This document shows positions 26,370 to 37,437 of a DNA stretch of 64,000 bases, in pieces (position 1 is the stretch's first letter; the number at the start of each line of letters is the position of its first letter). Under the pieces are notes generated by a model. It was not told where the DNA came from and searched no databases. It saw only the letters and a list, made by a program, of their open reading frames with translations. The translations under genes were made by a program, and so were the position numbers. Location: contig NC_043005.1 of the NCBI RefSeq assembly GCF_006345805.1, positions 101,370,001-101,434,000 of the forward strand. The letters run 5' to 3'. This DNA is from Octopus sinensis. Taxonomy: Eukaryota.

Positions 26370-26600
26370 AAATCCTGTTTTCCATGTTGACATGGGTTGG
26401 TTTGCTAGACAGGACTTGGTAAGACCAGTGTCTGCCAGGTTCTGTAGTCTGTTTGGGCTTGGTTTCTACAGCTCACTGTCCTTCCTAGTATCAGCCACTT
26501 TACGGGGTGTAGTGGGTGCTTTTTACATGGTACCATCACTTGTGCTTGTTATGAGGCACCATCACCAGTGCTTTGTACATGGCACCAGCATATTTTAGCT
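26370..26600 (-). mobile_element. SINE family B, degenerate
   Basis: ttttccatgttgacatgggttgg...gtagtgggtgctttttacatggtacc. Confidence 0.7.
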
Positions 26601-26944
26601 GACTCTGTAAGTTCTAGAGCATCTGTGTGTGAGTCATTTTACCTAAATGTAGTTCTAGAGCATCACAGTTCTGCTGTGGTGGATAGGCTTTCTTGGGTAA
26701 TATATACCATTGCTGTTATGTTAAATTGTCTTGTGTCTAAATTTGGCCAAATGCGTTTTTTCAATATTTATTTTTGCTTGCAATAGCTGGTTCTTTTGGT
26801 CAAATTATTGTATCTCCAGCTGCTTCAGATGCCAAAATATCAAAAATTGTCAAAGTCTAGTGCAATGGTTTAGCTATGGAGTAGTGAAACTATTTTTTCA
26901 TCTTCTGAAAAAGTAACATTTTTGAATTATGACACTTTTGCATA

Positions 26945-26989
26945 ATATCAGCACTATGTATGTATATATGTATATATTTGTGTATGTTG

Positions 26990-27041
<52 letters not shown>

Positions 27042-27155
27042 GTATAGATATGTGTATGTATCCATTCACATGTATGTGTGTATGTATAGATGTGTAAATA
27101 TGTGTATATACATACATATATATATATCTAAATATATATATATAGATATATACAC

Positions 27156-27190
<35 letters not shown>
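26945..27190. repeat. (TA)n/(TG)n compound microsatellite
   Basis: Directly visible. Confidence 0.95.
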
Positions 27191-27191
<1 letters not shown>

Positions 27192-27740
27192 AGATGAAAA
27201 ATGGAAAGAAAATTAACAAGACTTTTTATTCAGAACCACTACAATCGTTTCAGCTGATCATGTACCCATATCTTGAAGGTGAGATGCTGTACTATCAAGG
27301 GTCATACATTATAGGTGCAGGTGTGTCTCATCAGGTCACTTTCCAAAAAGTATCTCATTTTTTGTTTGTCATTTCACTGTTTTCTATAAAAATACATTTC
27401 ATCTTTTAATAAGCCCACTGGCTTTTAATGACTTCAGCACCTGATTTGGCTCTGTATTTTTACATATATAGTTAGTGTGGAAGTTACTGTTATTTTCAGC
27501 TGCTTGATGTCTATCAATGGTAATGCAAAATAAGGCTGAAATCACCTGAACTGGTAGTTCATGCAGCAGAAGTGGCGGTAGCTATGATGTGCTTTTATGC
27601 CCCAATAACCATATGTGAATTTTCTCTCTTGTTAAATATTGCTGCATTTGTTTGTTCTAAAGCAACATCCTCTTTTAACTGGTGAATATATTTTATCTTT
27701 TGGTATTAATATTGCTTCTATTGCTCATTTTTGTTTATTA

Positions 27741-28550
27741 CTAGCAGACATGCCCAGTGTTGCTTGGGATTTGAATGGCATGGCTTATATTGTGGTACAG
27801 TTAAGTTGAAACATGATACGAGGAAATGTAGCATTGATGACAAAATATTTGTGGAGTAAATGAAGGGCTAATTCGACTATGTAATACATCATGTGTCTGT
27901 TTGGAAGATTCCAAGCCCTAACTTTGTCATGGAAAAGTGGGTGGGGTGTATGTGATTTTTGAATGCACCAAAAAGTTCTCAGTGAATAAACTCTTCTTTG
28001 CTGCTGTTGGTGCTGCCACTATCACGCTGAAAGATCAGCAGATATAGGACCTACATCTATGTGATAAATCAAGCCTGTGGGTGCATTCAACAGCAGCACA
28101 TGAGAGGTGGGGATTGGCAAGGAAGTGCTTGGAAACAATATTGTCGTGCAATATTTTGGTTTGAAATCAATATTTGTGGTTCAAGTGTGCACTCCTTAGT
28201 GTAAACAGTGTGTGACCATTGTAAGGACAACTCAGCCCCCAAACAAAACCAATTCTGCATGCAACATTGGGATATGTAAAGTCACATTAAGAACACGGCC
28301 TCTAACAAATGTAGTTGGCTCATGTGACACCGGGTTGCTGATGTGGCTGGGAATCAATGGTCGGGGCTCAACTGTGCACTCCTTTGCATTAACAACATGC
28401 GATCATTGTGAGGACAACTCAGCTCCCAAACAAAACCAATTCTGCATGCAACATCTGGGCATTCAAAGTCACATTAAGGACACGGTCTTTAACTAATGTG
28501 GTTGCGTCTTAGACACCATAAATTAGTAGGTTAATATACATGCGATATTT
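27741..28550 (-). mobile_element. Helitron-like element; 3' end at 27741, upstream limit uncertain
   Basis: Minus strand ends cccaagcaacactgggcatgtctgCTAG|T, like the ends at 5654 and 14346. A ~187-bp tandem duplication lies at 28190-28510. Confidence 0.5.
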
Positions 28551-28687
28551 TGGCTTGTAATCAATAGCTGAAGAATACTTGTATGGGCTTCGTCTATACT
28601 TAGAAGGAACACTTTGGTACTGAAACTAAAAGAAAATAGTTGCATAGTTGCTTAGAATTTCACATATTTTAGCAAATTTTTTTTGCT

Positions 28688-29054
28688 AACCAACCACATG
28701 GTTCCGGGTTCGGTCCCACTGCGTGGCATCTTGGGCAAGTGTCTTCTGCTATAGCCCCGGGCTGACCAATGCCTTGTGAGTGGATTTGGTAGATGGAAAC
28801 TGAAAGAAGCCTGTCGTATATATGTATATATATATGTATGTGTGTGTATGTGTTTGTGTGTCTGTGTTTGTCCCCCTAGCATTGCTTGACAACCGATGCT
28901 GGTGTGTTTACGTCCCCGTCACTTAGCGGTTCGGCAAAAGAGACCGATAGAATAAGTACTGGGCTTACAAAGAATAAGTCCCGGGGTCGATTTGCTCGAC
29001 TAAAGGCGGTGCTCCTGCATGGCTGCAGTCAAATGACTGAAACAAGTAAAAGAG
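28688..29054 (+). mobile_element. SINE family A, well preserved, 5' end clipped
   Basis: aaccacatggttccgggttcggtcccactgcgtggc...gcagtcaaatgactgaaacaagtaaaagag. Confidence 0.9.
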
Positions 29055-29269
29055 TAATAGTTCATTCCAAACAATTTTTATTTCAGCAAATTGCTACCCA
29101 TGATATTGGGGATCAGGCTATTATTGTTACCACTTAGACAATGTAGTTTGAAGTCTACATCAGTTCTTCCATTTAATACAACCTACTTATATCACTTCAT
29201 TAGCTGTTTTTTTCCAGTTTGAACAGAAGCAATGCATAGACCATGCAACAGTTGTACATACCTCAGGAA

Positions 29270-29712
29270 AGGGTGTTTTCTGTCCCATGGGACCCTGTTA
29301 CTCATTACATGAAAAGTTTTAAGAGTCTAAAACCTTCTCTGGAACATAAGTAATGTATGTATGTTCCCAATTTGTAGAAAATCATTTGTGAACATCAGAA
29401 GTTCTGCAGGCTTACACATGCACAAACACATCCCCAGTTTTATATGTATATAATAATATATAGAGATAGGGAAATTAACATAACCACATCACCAAAAGTA
29501 ATGTCCCTTGAACCAATGAAGCAACCAAGTTATGCGATCATTTCTATTGTTTACCCAGGAAAGAGTTTTCTTTTGTTCCCAGAGGCCCCATTACACATTA
29601 TGTAAAAACTTTTAAGAGTATAAAACCATCTCTAGAACATAAGTAATGTATGTTCTTCGTTTAGAGAAAATCAGTTGTAAACTTCAGAAGTTCTACAGTT
29701 TTATACACACAC
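29270..29712. repeat. Diverged direct repeat, two ~150-bp blocks ~295 bp apart
   Basis: ttaagagtctaaaaccttctctggaacataagtaatgtatg...cagaagttctgcag recurs as ttaagagtataaaaccatctctagaacataagtaatgtatg...cagaagttctacag. Confidence 0.85.
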
Positions 29713-29865
29713 ATCTCGTTTTTTTATATACATGTATATGTATGTATGTACGTATATATATATATATGAATATGCATATACATCTTTAAACTTTCCTTAT
29801 TTATTTATTTATCTATATATATATAAATATATATATATAAATATATATATATATGTATATATATG

Positions 29866-29896
<31 letters not shown>

Positions 29897-30042
29897 GTAC
29901 ACACACATATATATATGTCTTGATTAAGAATAAATAATTGTATATTCCATCTTCTGTCTTTCATTTGCTGTGTATGTATGTATATACATATATATAAAGA
30001 TATATATATATATATATAAAGATATACATATATATATATTTA

Positions 30043-30345
30043 TGTCTACTCTTTGAACCCCCCTCTTCAATACGCTATTTCACCATGCATTACCCCTCTC
30101 TCGATATCCTACGTTCTACTTGCCTAGAACCTGTCCTCTGAACCACCCCCTCCCACTGGTGCTCCCCTATATTTCTGCACCCCCCCACCACCATTATAAG
30201 TGTCTACTATTTGAAGCCCCCTCTTCAATACGCTATTTCACCATGCATTACCCCTCTCTCGGTATCCTACGTTCTACTTGCCTAGTACCTGTCCTCTGAA
30301 CCATCCCTCCCACTGGTGCTCCCCTATATTTCTGCACCCCCCCCC
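30043..30345. repeat. 158-bp tandem duplication
   Basis: tgtctact...ccccctcttcaatacgctatttcaccatgcattacc...ctgcacccccc starts at both 30043 and 30201. Confidence 0.95.
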
Positions 30346-30590
30346 ATAAAAAGCACCATCCGAACGTGGCCGATGCCAGACCCCTCTGGCACCTGTGCAG
30401 GTGGCACGTAAAAAACACCCACTACACTCGCGGAGTGGTTGGCGTTAGGAAGGGCATCCAGCTGTAGAAACACTGCCAGACTAGACTGGAGCCTGGGGCA
30501 GTCCCGAGCTCCCCAGACCCCGGTCGAAACCGTCCAACCCGTGCTAGCGCGGAAAACGGACGTTAAATGATGATGATGATGATGATGATA
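30346..30590 (-). mobile_element. SINE family B, 5'-truncated, well preserved
   Basis: The + strand reads aaaagcaccatccgaacgtggccgatgcc...ggcgttaggaagggcatccagctgtag...ggacgttaaatgatgatg. NOTE: this is the same orientation as the copies at 7.2 and 20.3 kb, so the transcribed sense may be +; strand is uncertain. Confidence 0.8.
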
Positions 30591-30728
30591 TACGTATGTA
30601 TGTACATGTATATATATACGTATGTATGTACATGTATATATATATATGTATGTATGCAAATATATGTATGTATGTATATATATATATATATAAATATATG
30701 TATGCATGTATATATATATATATATGTA

Positions 30729-30768
<40 letters not shown>

Positions 30769-31061
30769 CATATATATGTATTTATATGTGTGTATGCATA
30801 TATATGTATTTATATGTGTATATGCATATATATGTATATATATGTGTATATGCATACGTATGTATATATATATGTATATATATATATATATGCATATATA
30901 TATATAGGGAGAATTAACGTAAAAACTAAAAGACGAAGACAGGTGGTGTAGAAAACACAGATGTATTAGTATAACACTCGGGAATTGAAAACGTCTTTAA
31001 TGTTTCGAGCCTATGCTCTTCCACAGAAAGGATGCATATATATATGCATATATATGTATGC

Positions 31062-31118
<57 letters not shown>

Positions 31119-31260
31119 CATATGTATATTTATGTATGGATCTATCTATCTATATATATATATATATTATATATGTAAGCATGTGTGTATATATATATAT
31201 ATATGTATGTGTATGTTGTATAAGTATGTATGTATGTATATATGTCTGTTAATGTTTGCA
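30590..31260. repeat. Long (TA)n-rich microsatellite, interrupted at 30906-31032 by a unique repeat fragment
   Basis: Directly visible. Confidence 0.95.
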
Positions 31261-31299
31261 TGAGTATCATGCCAGAATGTGTCTGGCAATCACTTTCCT

Positions 31300-32150
31300 A
31301 CACAGAGCAATGTTTGCTTGTAAACAAATCTTGAAACAATGCTTTTAGTCATCCATGCCTTCTAATTTGAATGCCAAATGAGAGATAAATTAAAGTTTGC
31401 ATAATGTTTTAAGTTCCTTAGATTTTTGGTGTGCTACATGAGGAAGGGCTTTGATTTCACATCACCTGCAGTTATGTCCTCTCAGTGGAAGCTTTATTTT
31501 TTGAAGTTTCAAATCTCAGTGTCGATTTGCGAGCAATAAACATTCTAGTTAACCTGAACTTCCAGAAACCTGCCGTTTCACAACAATGCATTGTTGCTGT
31601 GTTTTGTAGCCCGCTTAATCCTATTTTTGCAGTTGCCCAAGATAATTAGTTGCAGTCTTGGTATCAGCACTGACAGCTTCACCAGGTATATTTATGTTGA
31701 GCAGATTCAAGCATTTCTTAAAACTTCCAAACCAGCTTTTGCCTAGCCTGAAAAAGACTTTCCGATAGATGTTTCACATTCCGTTTCCTGCAAATTACCA
31801 TGCACACGTTTGGCAGGGTTTTAATTACCACCATGCTTATCAACACAATGTTTTATCTGATCCTCAATCTTACTCCCAAGAGCTATTCCAGTTTAAGCTC
31901 AACATTAGATTTAGGACAAAAATGTGATCTGCGCTATTAACAGAATAAGTTCTTGAACACTTGACATTATTTTCTCATTATTGTTCTCAGTGTAGACATT
32001 GCAAGCATTAATATTTTTGGAAGTGTCCTTTCCCCCCACCCTGCATCAAGCAATTTTAAAGCATCAGGTTTAATATCCATTGTTATCCTTTTATTATTGC
32101 TTTTTGCACTACTGCCCTCAGTTCCACTTGAAGTCTTTCCAAACATCTTG
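31300..32150 (-). mobile_element. pogo/Tigger-like DDE transposase remnant
   Basis: Minus-strand frames read SWFGSFKKCLNLLNINIPGEAVSADTKTATNYLGQLQK and CETAGFWKF (cf. Tigger GWF..FK.R...GEAASAD and DETGLFWK). Confidence 0.75.
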
Positions 32151-33738
32151 AATTGCAGGTAAATCTAACTGCACCGGTGATAAAACAATTACAACAAATA
32201 TGTAGTAAAAAAAAAAGCATCACCAGAAAAGAACTGTTTTGTGTGAGCAAATATTTATTGTCTAATTCCTATAGATGTAACAATGAAAATCAGAAGACAA
32301 AAGGGTGACGGAGTGAGATGGGAGGGTATACTGTATGATTACTGGTGGTTGATGGGTTATCAGGTTCATGGGCTCTTTGCCTCTTTCACATTTGACTTAA
32401 GCCTTGAAATTTGAAACTCTGGTTACTCATCCATTCGCATAAACATATTCATACACATGCAAACAATCCATTGTATTGATATACAATATATGTAGCTACA
32501 GACATTACTCTCATGCTAATGCTATTATTGTTGATTCAAGTAGGTTATTCACAGTTTGTGGGTTGCAAGTTTTGATGGTTTTAGTTGTATTCCTTTTGTT
32601 GTTGGTGATGATAGTGATGGTGAGGTTTTAATGGTCATATTGTTTCTGTATTATTATTGCTCTTTAGTCTTAAGTCAATTCTCATTGGCCTACAATGAAA
32701 GATATTTCACTTAATTTTTGGAAAACACTAATCTGCCACATTATCTCATGGCATAGTTTTTTTTATTATTTTTTATGGCATTTCTTGTCTTCTCCATACA
32801 AGTGTTGCTGCTGTTAGTAATTAAGGTGTTTTGGGGATGGTAATGGCATTGGTTGCATTGGTTTTTGTGTTGATGGTCTTAGTCCTAGGACATGTATAAT
32901 GTGTGTATTGTGATTGTAGTTCTTCAAATTGTGAAAATATCTTGATACTAAGGAGCAACTCTTTGGCTATGAACAAAGTATTGTGTTTGAATTGTTAAAA
33001 TTTATGTAGGTCTTCATGTGAGTGAAATTACAAACTTTATTTCAAAATTTGTAGCCATACTTTACAATTTCCCTTAATATTAGGTTGCTGTAATATGAGA
33101 GTGAGAGGGGCTCTATACGTATATAAATATATGATAAATATTCAGGTATTATATATATGTGTGTGTGTGTGTATGTATATCATGTGCATACCTGTATTTC
33201 CCTCTCAGATTCACACACTTATTGCAATGGTCCTTCAGTTTTTATAAGACCTGTAAAAGAACTCGGAAGTTTGTGCTTCCAACCAGGCCTTTTGCAATAC
33301 CCTTAAATCTAGGTAATTTTCAGCACCCTTTCATATATATAGCAGAAAGTGACAAAGAGTCCCAAAATGTGGAAGGTCTGCAATGGTTGCAATGTAAATG
33401 AGTGTTGTCCATGATAAGGTAATTGAGAAATCTATAGTGTTTATATGACATAGTTTGGTAGGTGGATCATTGCAGCTAAAGACCTTGAAAATGTTAGAAG
33501 CAAAGGTGTGCAGATAGGTCTTTACAGCTGTTTCGAGAGTTGTTGCATAATTGGTGCCATGGTCTGCAAGTTGCTTATGCCAAAATTCTGTAGCAGTTAG
33601 TTCTAGTTTTGAATCACAGTGGAGAAATAAACATGCGAAGTGAAGCATATTTAGAGACAACTCATTGAGTTGCAGGAATCTGAACCTTGACTGATTAATC
33701 AAATGACACCAATAGTATTTTTGACATATATGTACTTG

Positions 33739-33739
<1 letters not shown>

Positions 33740-33777
<38 letters not shown>

Positions 33778-34066
33778 AATTGTGTGTGTGTATGTATAGG
33801 TTATATATGTGTATGTATATATATATATATATAGGTAAACAGTAACATTAATTACAGACATGGACAAGAACATGAAACACCACAGAGACGACACAAGAAC
33901 CACAGGACGGAATTCGAGCCCTCAGTCATCAGTCAAGAACCAGATCATCTTAGCAATTTCGGCTGATATATATATAGTTTGTGTGTGTATATATATATAT
34001 ATATATGCAATTGTGTGTATATATATATATATGCAGTTGTGTGTATATATGTATATATATATAGTT

Positions 34067-34112
<46 letters not shown>

Positions 34113-34320
34113 ATTGTGTGTCTGTATATATATTTATATATATATATAATACATATATATATATATATAATATATTACATATATTGTGTATTATATATAC
34201 ACATATATGTTTATATATATTATATATACATATTGTATATATACACACATAGTGTATATATACATATACATTGTATATATATATATACACAAAATGCTTA
34301 TATATATGTTTATATATACA

Positions 34321-34405
<85 letters not shown>

Positions 34406-34600
34406 TATACATACCTTTTCCTATTATGTATATTTTTATGTATGTACATCGGCATATGTCCGTCTGCAAATTTATGTTTATATAGATTTGAATGTGTGTG
34501 TGTGTTCGTGTATGTAAATATGTATGTATCCGTATATTTCTATGTATGGAGATATCTATATGTATATATAAACTTATATACAGAATTATATACACACGTC
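33740..34600. repeat. Long (TA)n/(CA)n microsatellite field, interrupted at 33835-33965
   Basis: Directly visible. Confidence 0.95.
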
Positions 34601-35472
34601 TATACACACCCTTTTTTGTTACCCTAGTTGTCGTGTGTGTAGAAAAGAAAACGTGTAGATCTTTCCGAAGACATCTCATTATTATCCCACATCCTTATTG
34701 CCTTCTGATATCTCCGTTTTCGTGCTTGATATCCATGTACCAGTGATATATTCGGTGCTCGTTTGATAATAGCGGTGAAATATATAATAAGCCGCCCTGA
34801 TGAAGAACTGTATCTCTAATATACTGAGTCGATATAAGTGATGTACCAGTAACATAATGCGTTGTTATAACGATATACCAGGAACAATCGATAACATATT
34901 GGATTTATAGAGATGTACCAGTAATAAGGAGGAATTTATTGCGTTGTTGTAGAGATGCACCGGTAATATATATAGAATGGTTGGTGTAGAGATGTACCAG
35001 TTTTATATCGAATTGCTGTAGAGATGTATAATATACCAGTGATATGCTTGGTTGGTTTTGGTGTTGAGTAATACATAATGAGCTTCGTTGACTGCCTGGA
35101 GCCACGATAACCACCGGACCAAATCTTTCGCCCCCCCCCTCAGTTCAAAGTCAACGGAGCGCGACTTTGATTTTTCTATTCTTCTGTGGAGAAAAAAGTA
35201 TTCGATTTGTACCAGTGATGCACTGAGAGTTCGATCTCATCGAGTGTGTCCTCTCTCCCCCCACCCCCCACCCCCCACCCACCGCGCCACCAGATGATTA
35301 TATCACTGGTGCTTCCTGTCACATTTGTGGGAAAATTGTATAATAAAAGTTGTTTAACTCCGAAGCCCCTCCTCTTTATCGCTTCTTCTCTCTCCGCTTC
35401 AATTCGGGGACGGATTTTCGGTTTTGATTTTTATTCGTTGGGCTTAGTTTTAGTTTGTCTGTGGCACTACTA

Positions 35473-35511
35473 ATGGAATTGTCATTACTCTATGATTATT
35501 ATGAAAGTCAG
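35473..35511 (+). CDS. elav: Candidate alternative first coding exon of ELAV (MELSLLYDYYESQ)
   Basis: ATG 35473 plus 13 codons, then a perfect CAG|GTGAGT donor. A phase-0 splice to 41500 gives [11 protein letters not shown] in frame with no stop. Confidence 0.45.
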
Positions 35512-36261
35512 GTGAGTGTGTATAGGATGCGAGTGTATATGATGTGTGACGGTGGCGGCGGCGGCGGAGGTGGTTCGTCTTCTTCATTATTATACAGGAT
35601 AGATGCTGCAATAGCAGTCAGCCGCTCACTTTTTCAAAAGTGAAAAAGAAGCTAGTCTTGGATAGAAAGCGGCGGGAGACGCTCGACTCAGACGCCGGCT
35701 CTTCCTCTCTCTCTCTCTCTCTCTCTCTCCGTCTTTGTGTGTGTGTGTATATACATATACATATATATATATATATTTATACATAAATATATATATATAT
35801 ATCTTTATATTCTATATTCTCTCTCTCTCTCTTTATACCGTTTCCTTCCTTTCTTTATGTGACACACGCCACTTCTTACTCTTTCTCTCGGCGCGCGAGG
35901 CCGGCTCGCTCCTTTTCACTTGTCTTATTCGCTTCCTCCCTCCCTCTCCCCCCCTCTCTGCACGCTTTATTTTTCATCCTCCTCCTCCTCCTCCTCCTCT
36001 CTCTCCCTGCCTGCCTGCCTCCCTCCCTCCCTCTACCACACGGCACTACCCTAGTTCCGTCCCGTTCGCTCTAGCTCTCACTGCTACTCCCGTGGCATAC
36101 GCCGTGGCTGCCGCTTTCTCCTTGCTTCCACCTCGCACTTCTCCTCCCACGGCACACGCCAGCCACCTTTTCTTCTTGCCTACCTCCTCCTCCCTCTCCT
36201 CCTCTATCCCCCCCTCCCTCCCTCCTCCTATCAATACAACGCCCATTTTCTTTGTACTCAG

Positions 36262-36383
36262 CAAAATATAATCAATAGTTTGCACCACACACAAAATATT
36301 TTGTATACGGAAACGCTAACGTCTCTTCCACGAGTTCATATTTTCGGACGTTACTCGTTACATTCTGGAATCCTTAAAAACCA
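36262..36383 (+). other. Candidate non-coding 5' exon of ELAV
   Basis: Donor CCA|GTAAGT at 36383/36384. Possible acceptor ttttctttgtactcAG at 36260-61, or it is a first exon. In-frame TAA at 36375. Confidence 0.45.
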
Positions 36384-36818
36384 GTAAGTTCGGGGTTTGT
36401 TTATTTCATTTTTCTTTCCTTCCTTCTTTCTTTCTTTCTCTCTTTCTTTCTTTCTTTCTTTTTCCTCTTCAAGTCGCGCATCACAACGCGCGCGCGCGCA
36501 CACACATAGGTGTGTATATTTCAACATGGGTGTATGTGCGTGTGTATATATGTATATATATATATATATATATTGTGATGGCTGTATGTGTGTGCATATG
36601 TTAACATCGATATTTGTGTGTATTAATGCGTGAGTGTGTGTGTGTGTGTATAAATATATATGTATATATACACACTTCATGTGTATGTGTGTATATATAA
36701 ATATATATATATATGTTATACATACATACATATATATATAAACATTTTCTTGCTGGTGCGAGATTTTTCATTTTAATTTTCTCTCATTTGAGTTGTTCCA
36801 TGTTTACAAACGTTTTTC

Positions 36819-36849
<31 letters not shown>

Positions 36850-37401
36850 TTTTTTTTTTTTTTTGTAGGGTAAAAAAAATATTTGATTTCCATATTTTGC
36901 CAAACTAGTTCGGATTTTATTGTTTTGTCTGAGCGATCATGTGGATTTCGTCACAGATTCCTTAGAAACACACACCACACACAGACACACACACACACAC
37001 ACTCTCACATTATTACATGTGTGTGTATCCACTAAGATTAGGCACGCGGATCTTTGGGTAAGTCGAAGCTCATTTATACGGGATACAGAATATTTCGTAG
37101 CACCAAATACCAACCAAATAGTCAAGAGTTGTCCGTATGTACTTAGAACACATTCTTTTCCAATTCACCAATATTCCGTATTTCACGACGGACTTACCTA
37201 AACCGTTGTTTATATGTCTACATCACACACAGACACACACAAACTTATACATACATATTTTAAATAATACACAAATTACCACACAAGAACACGGGGTTTC
37301 TACCCTTGGCATGTAGCTTCAACCGTGTTTTCTGACGTGAATTTGCTACCCAGGTATCGATTAACCGAATTATCAATACTAGGATAATTCATTCACCTAC
37401 T

Positions 37402-37437
<36 letters not shown>

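Noticed and set aside
33331-33702. 123-aa ORF faintly resembling a hAT dimerisation domain
   Set aside because: The similarity is too weak to call by eye; it needs an HMM search.
33901-33940. Minus-strand CTGATGA...GAAT...GTC as a hammerhead
   Set aside because: Stem II is too short, GAAA is altered and stem I does not pair; at best a dead remnant.
33860-34746. Numerous YIYI/CVCV/HTHT ORFs here and at 4.4, 26.9, 30.5, 46, 53.7 and 55.1 kb
   Set aside because: Translations of (TA)n, (TG)n and (CA)n microsatellites.
34795-34830. CTGATGA as a hammerhead core or C/D-box snoRNA
   Set aside because: No GAAA or stem II follows, and there is no terminal stem or properly placed D box.
34733-35044. 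CRISPR-like appearance of repeat plus variable spacers
   Set aside because: Eukaryotic context, ~11-15-nt degenerate repeats, irregular spacing and no cas genes; kept only as a motif cluster.
35626-35643. Short palindrome TCACTTTT-TC-AAAAGTGA
   Set aside because: 8-bp arms in AT-rich DNA are not significant without conservation data.
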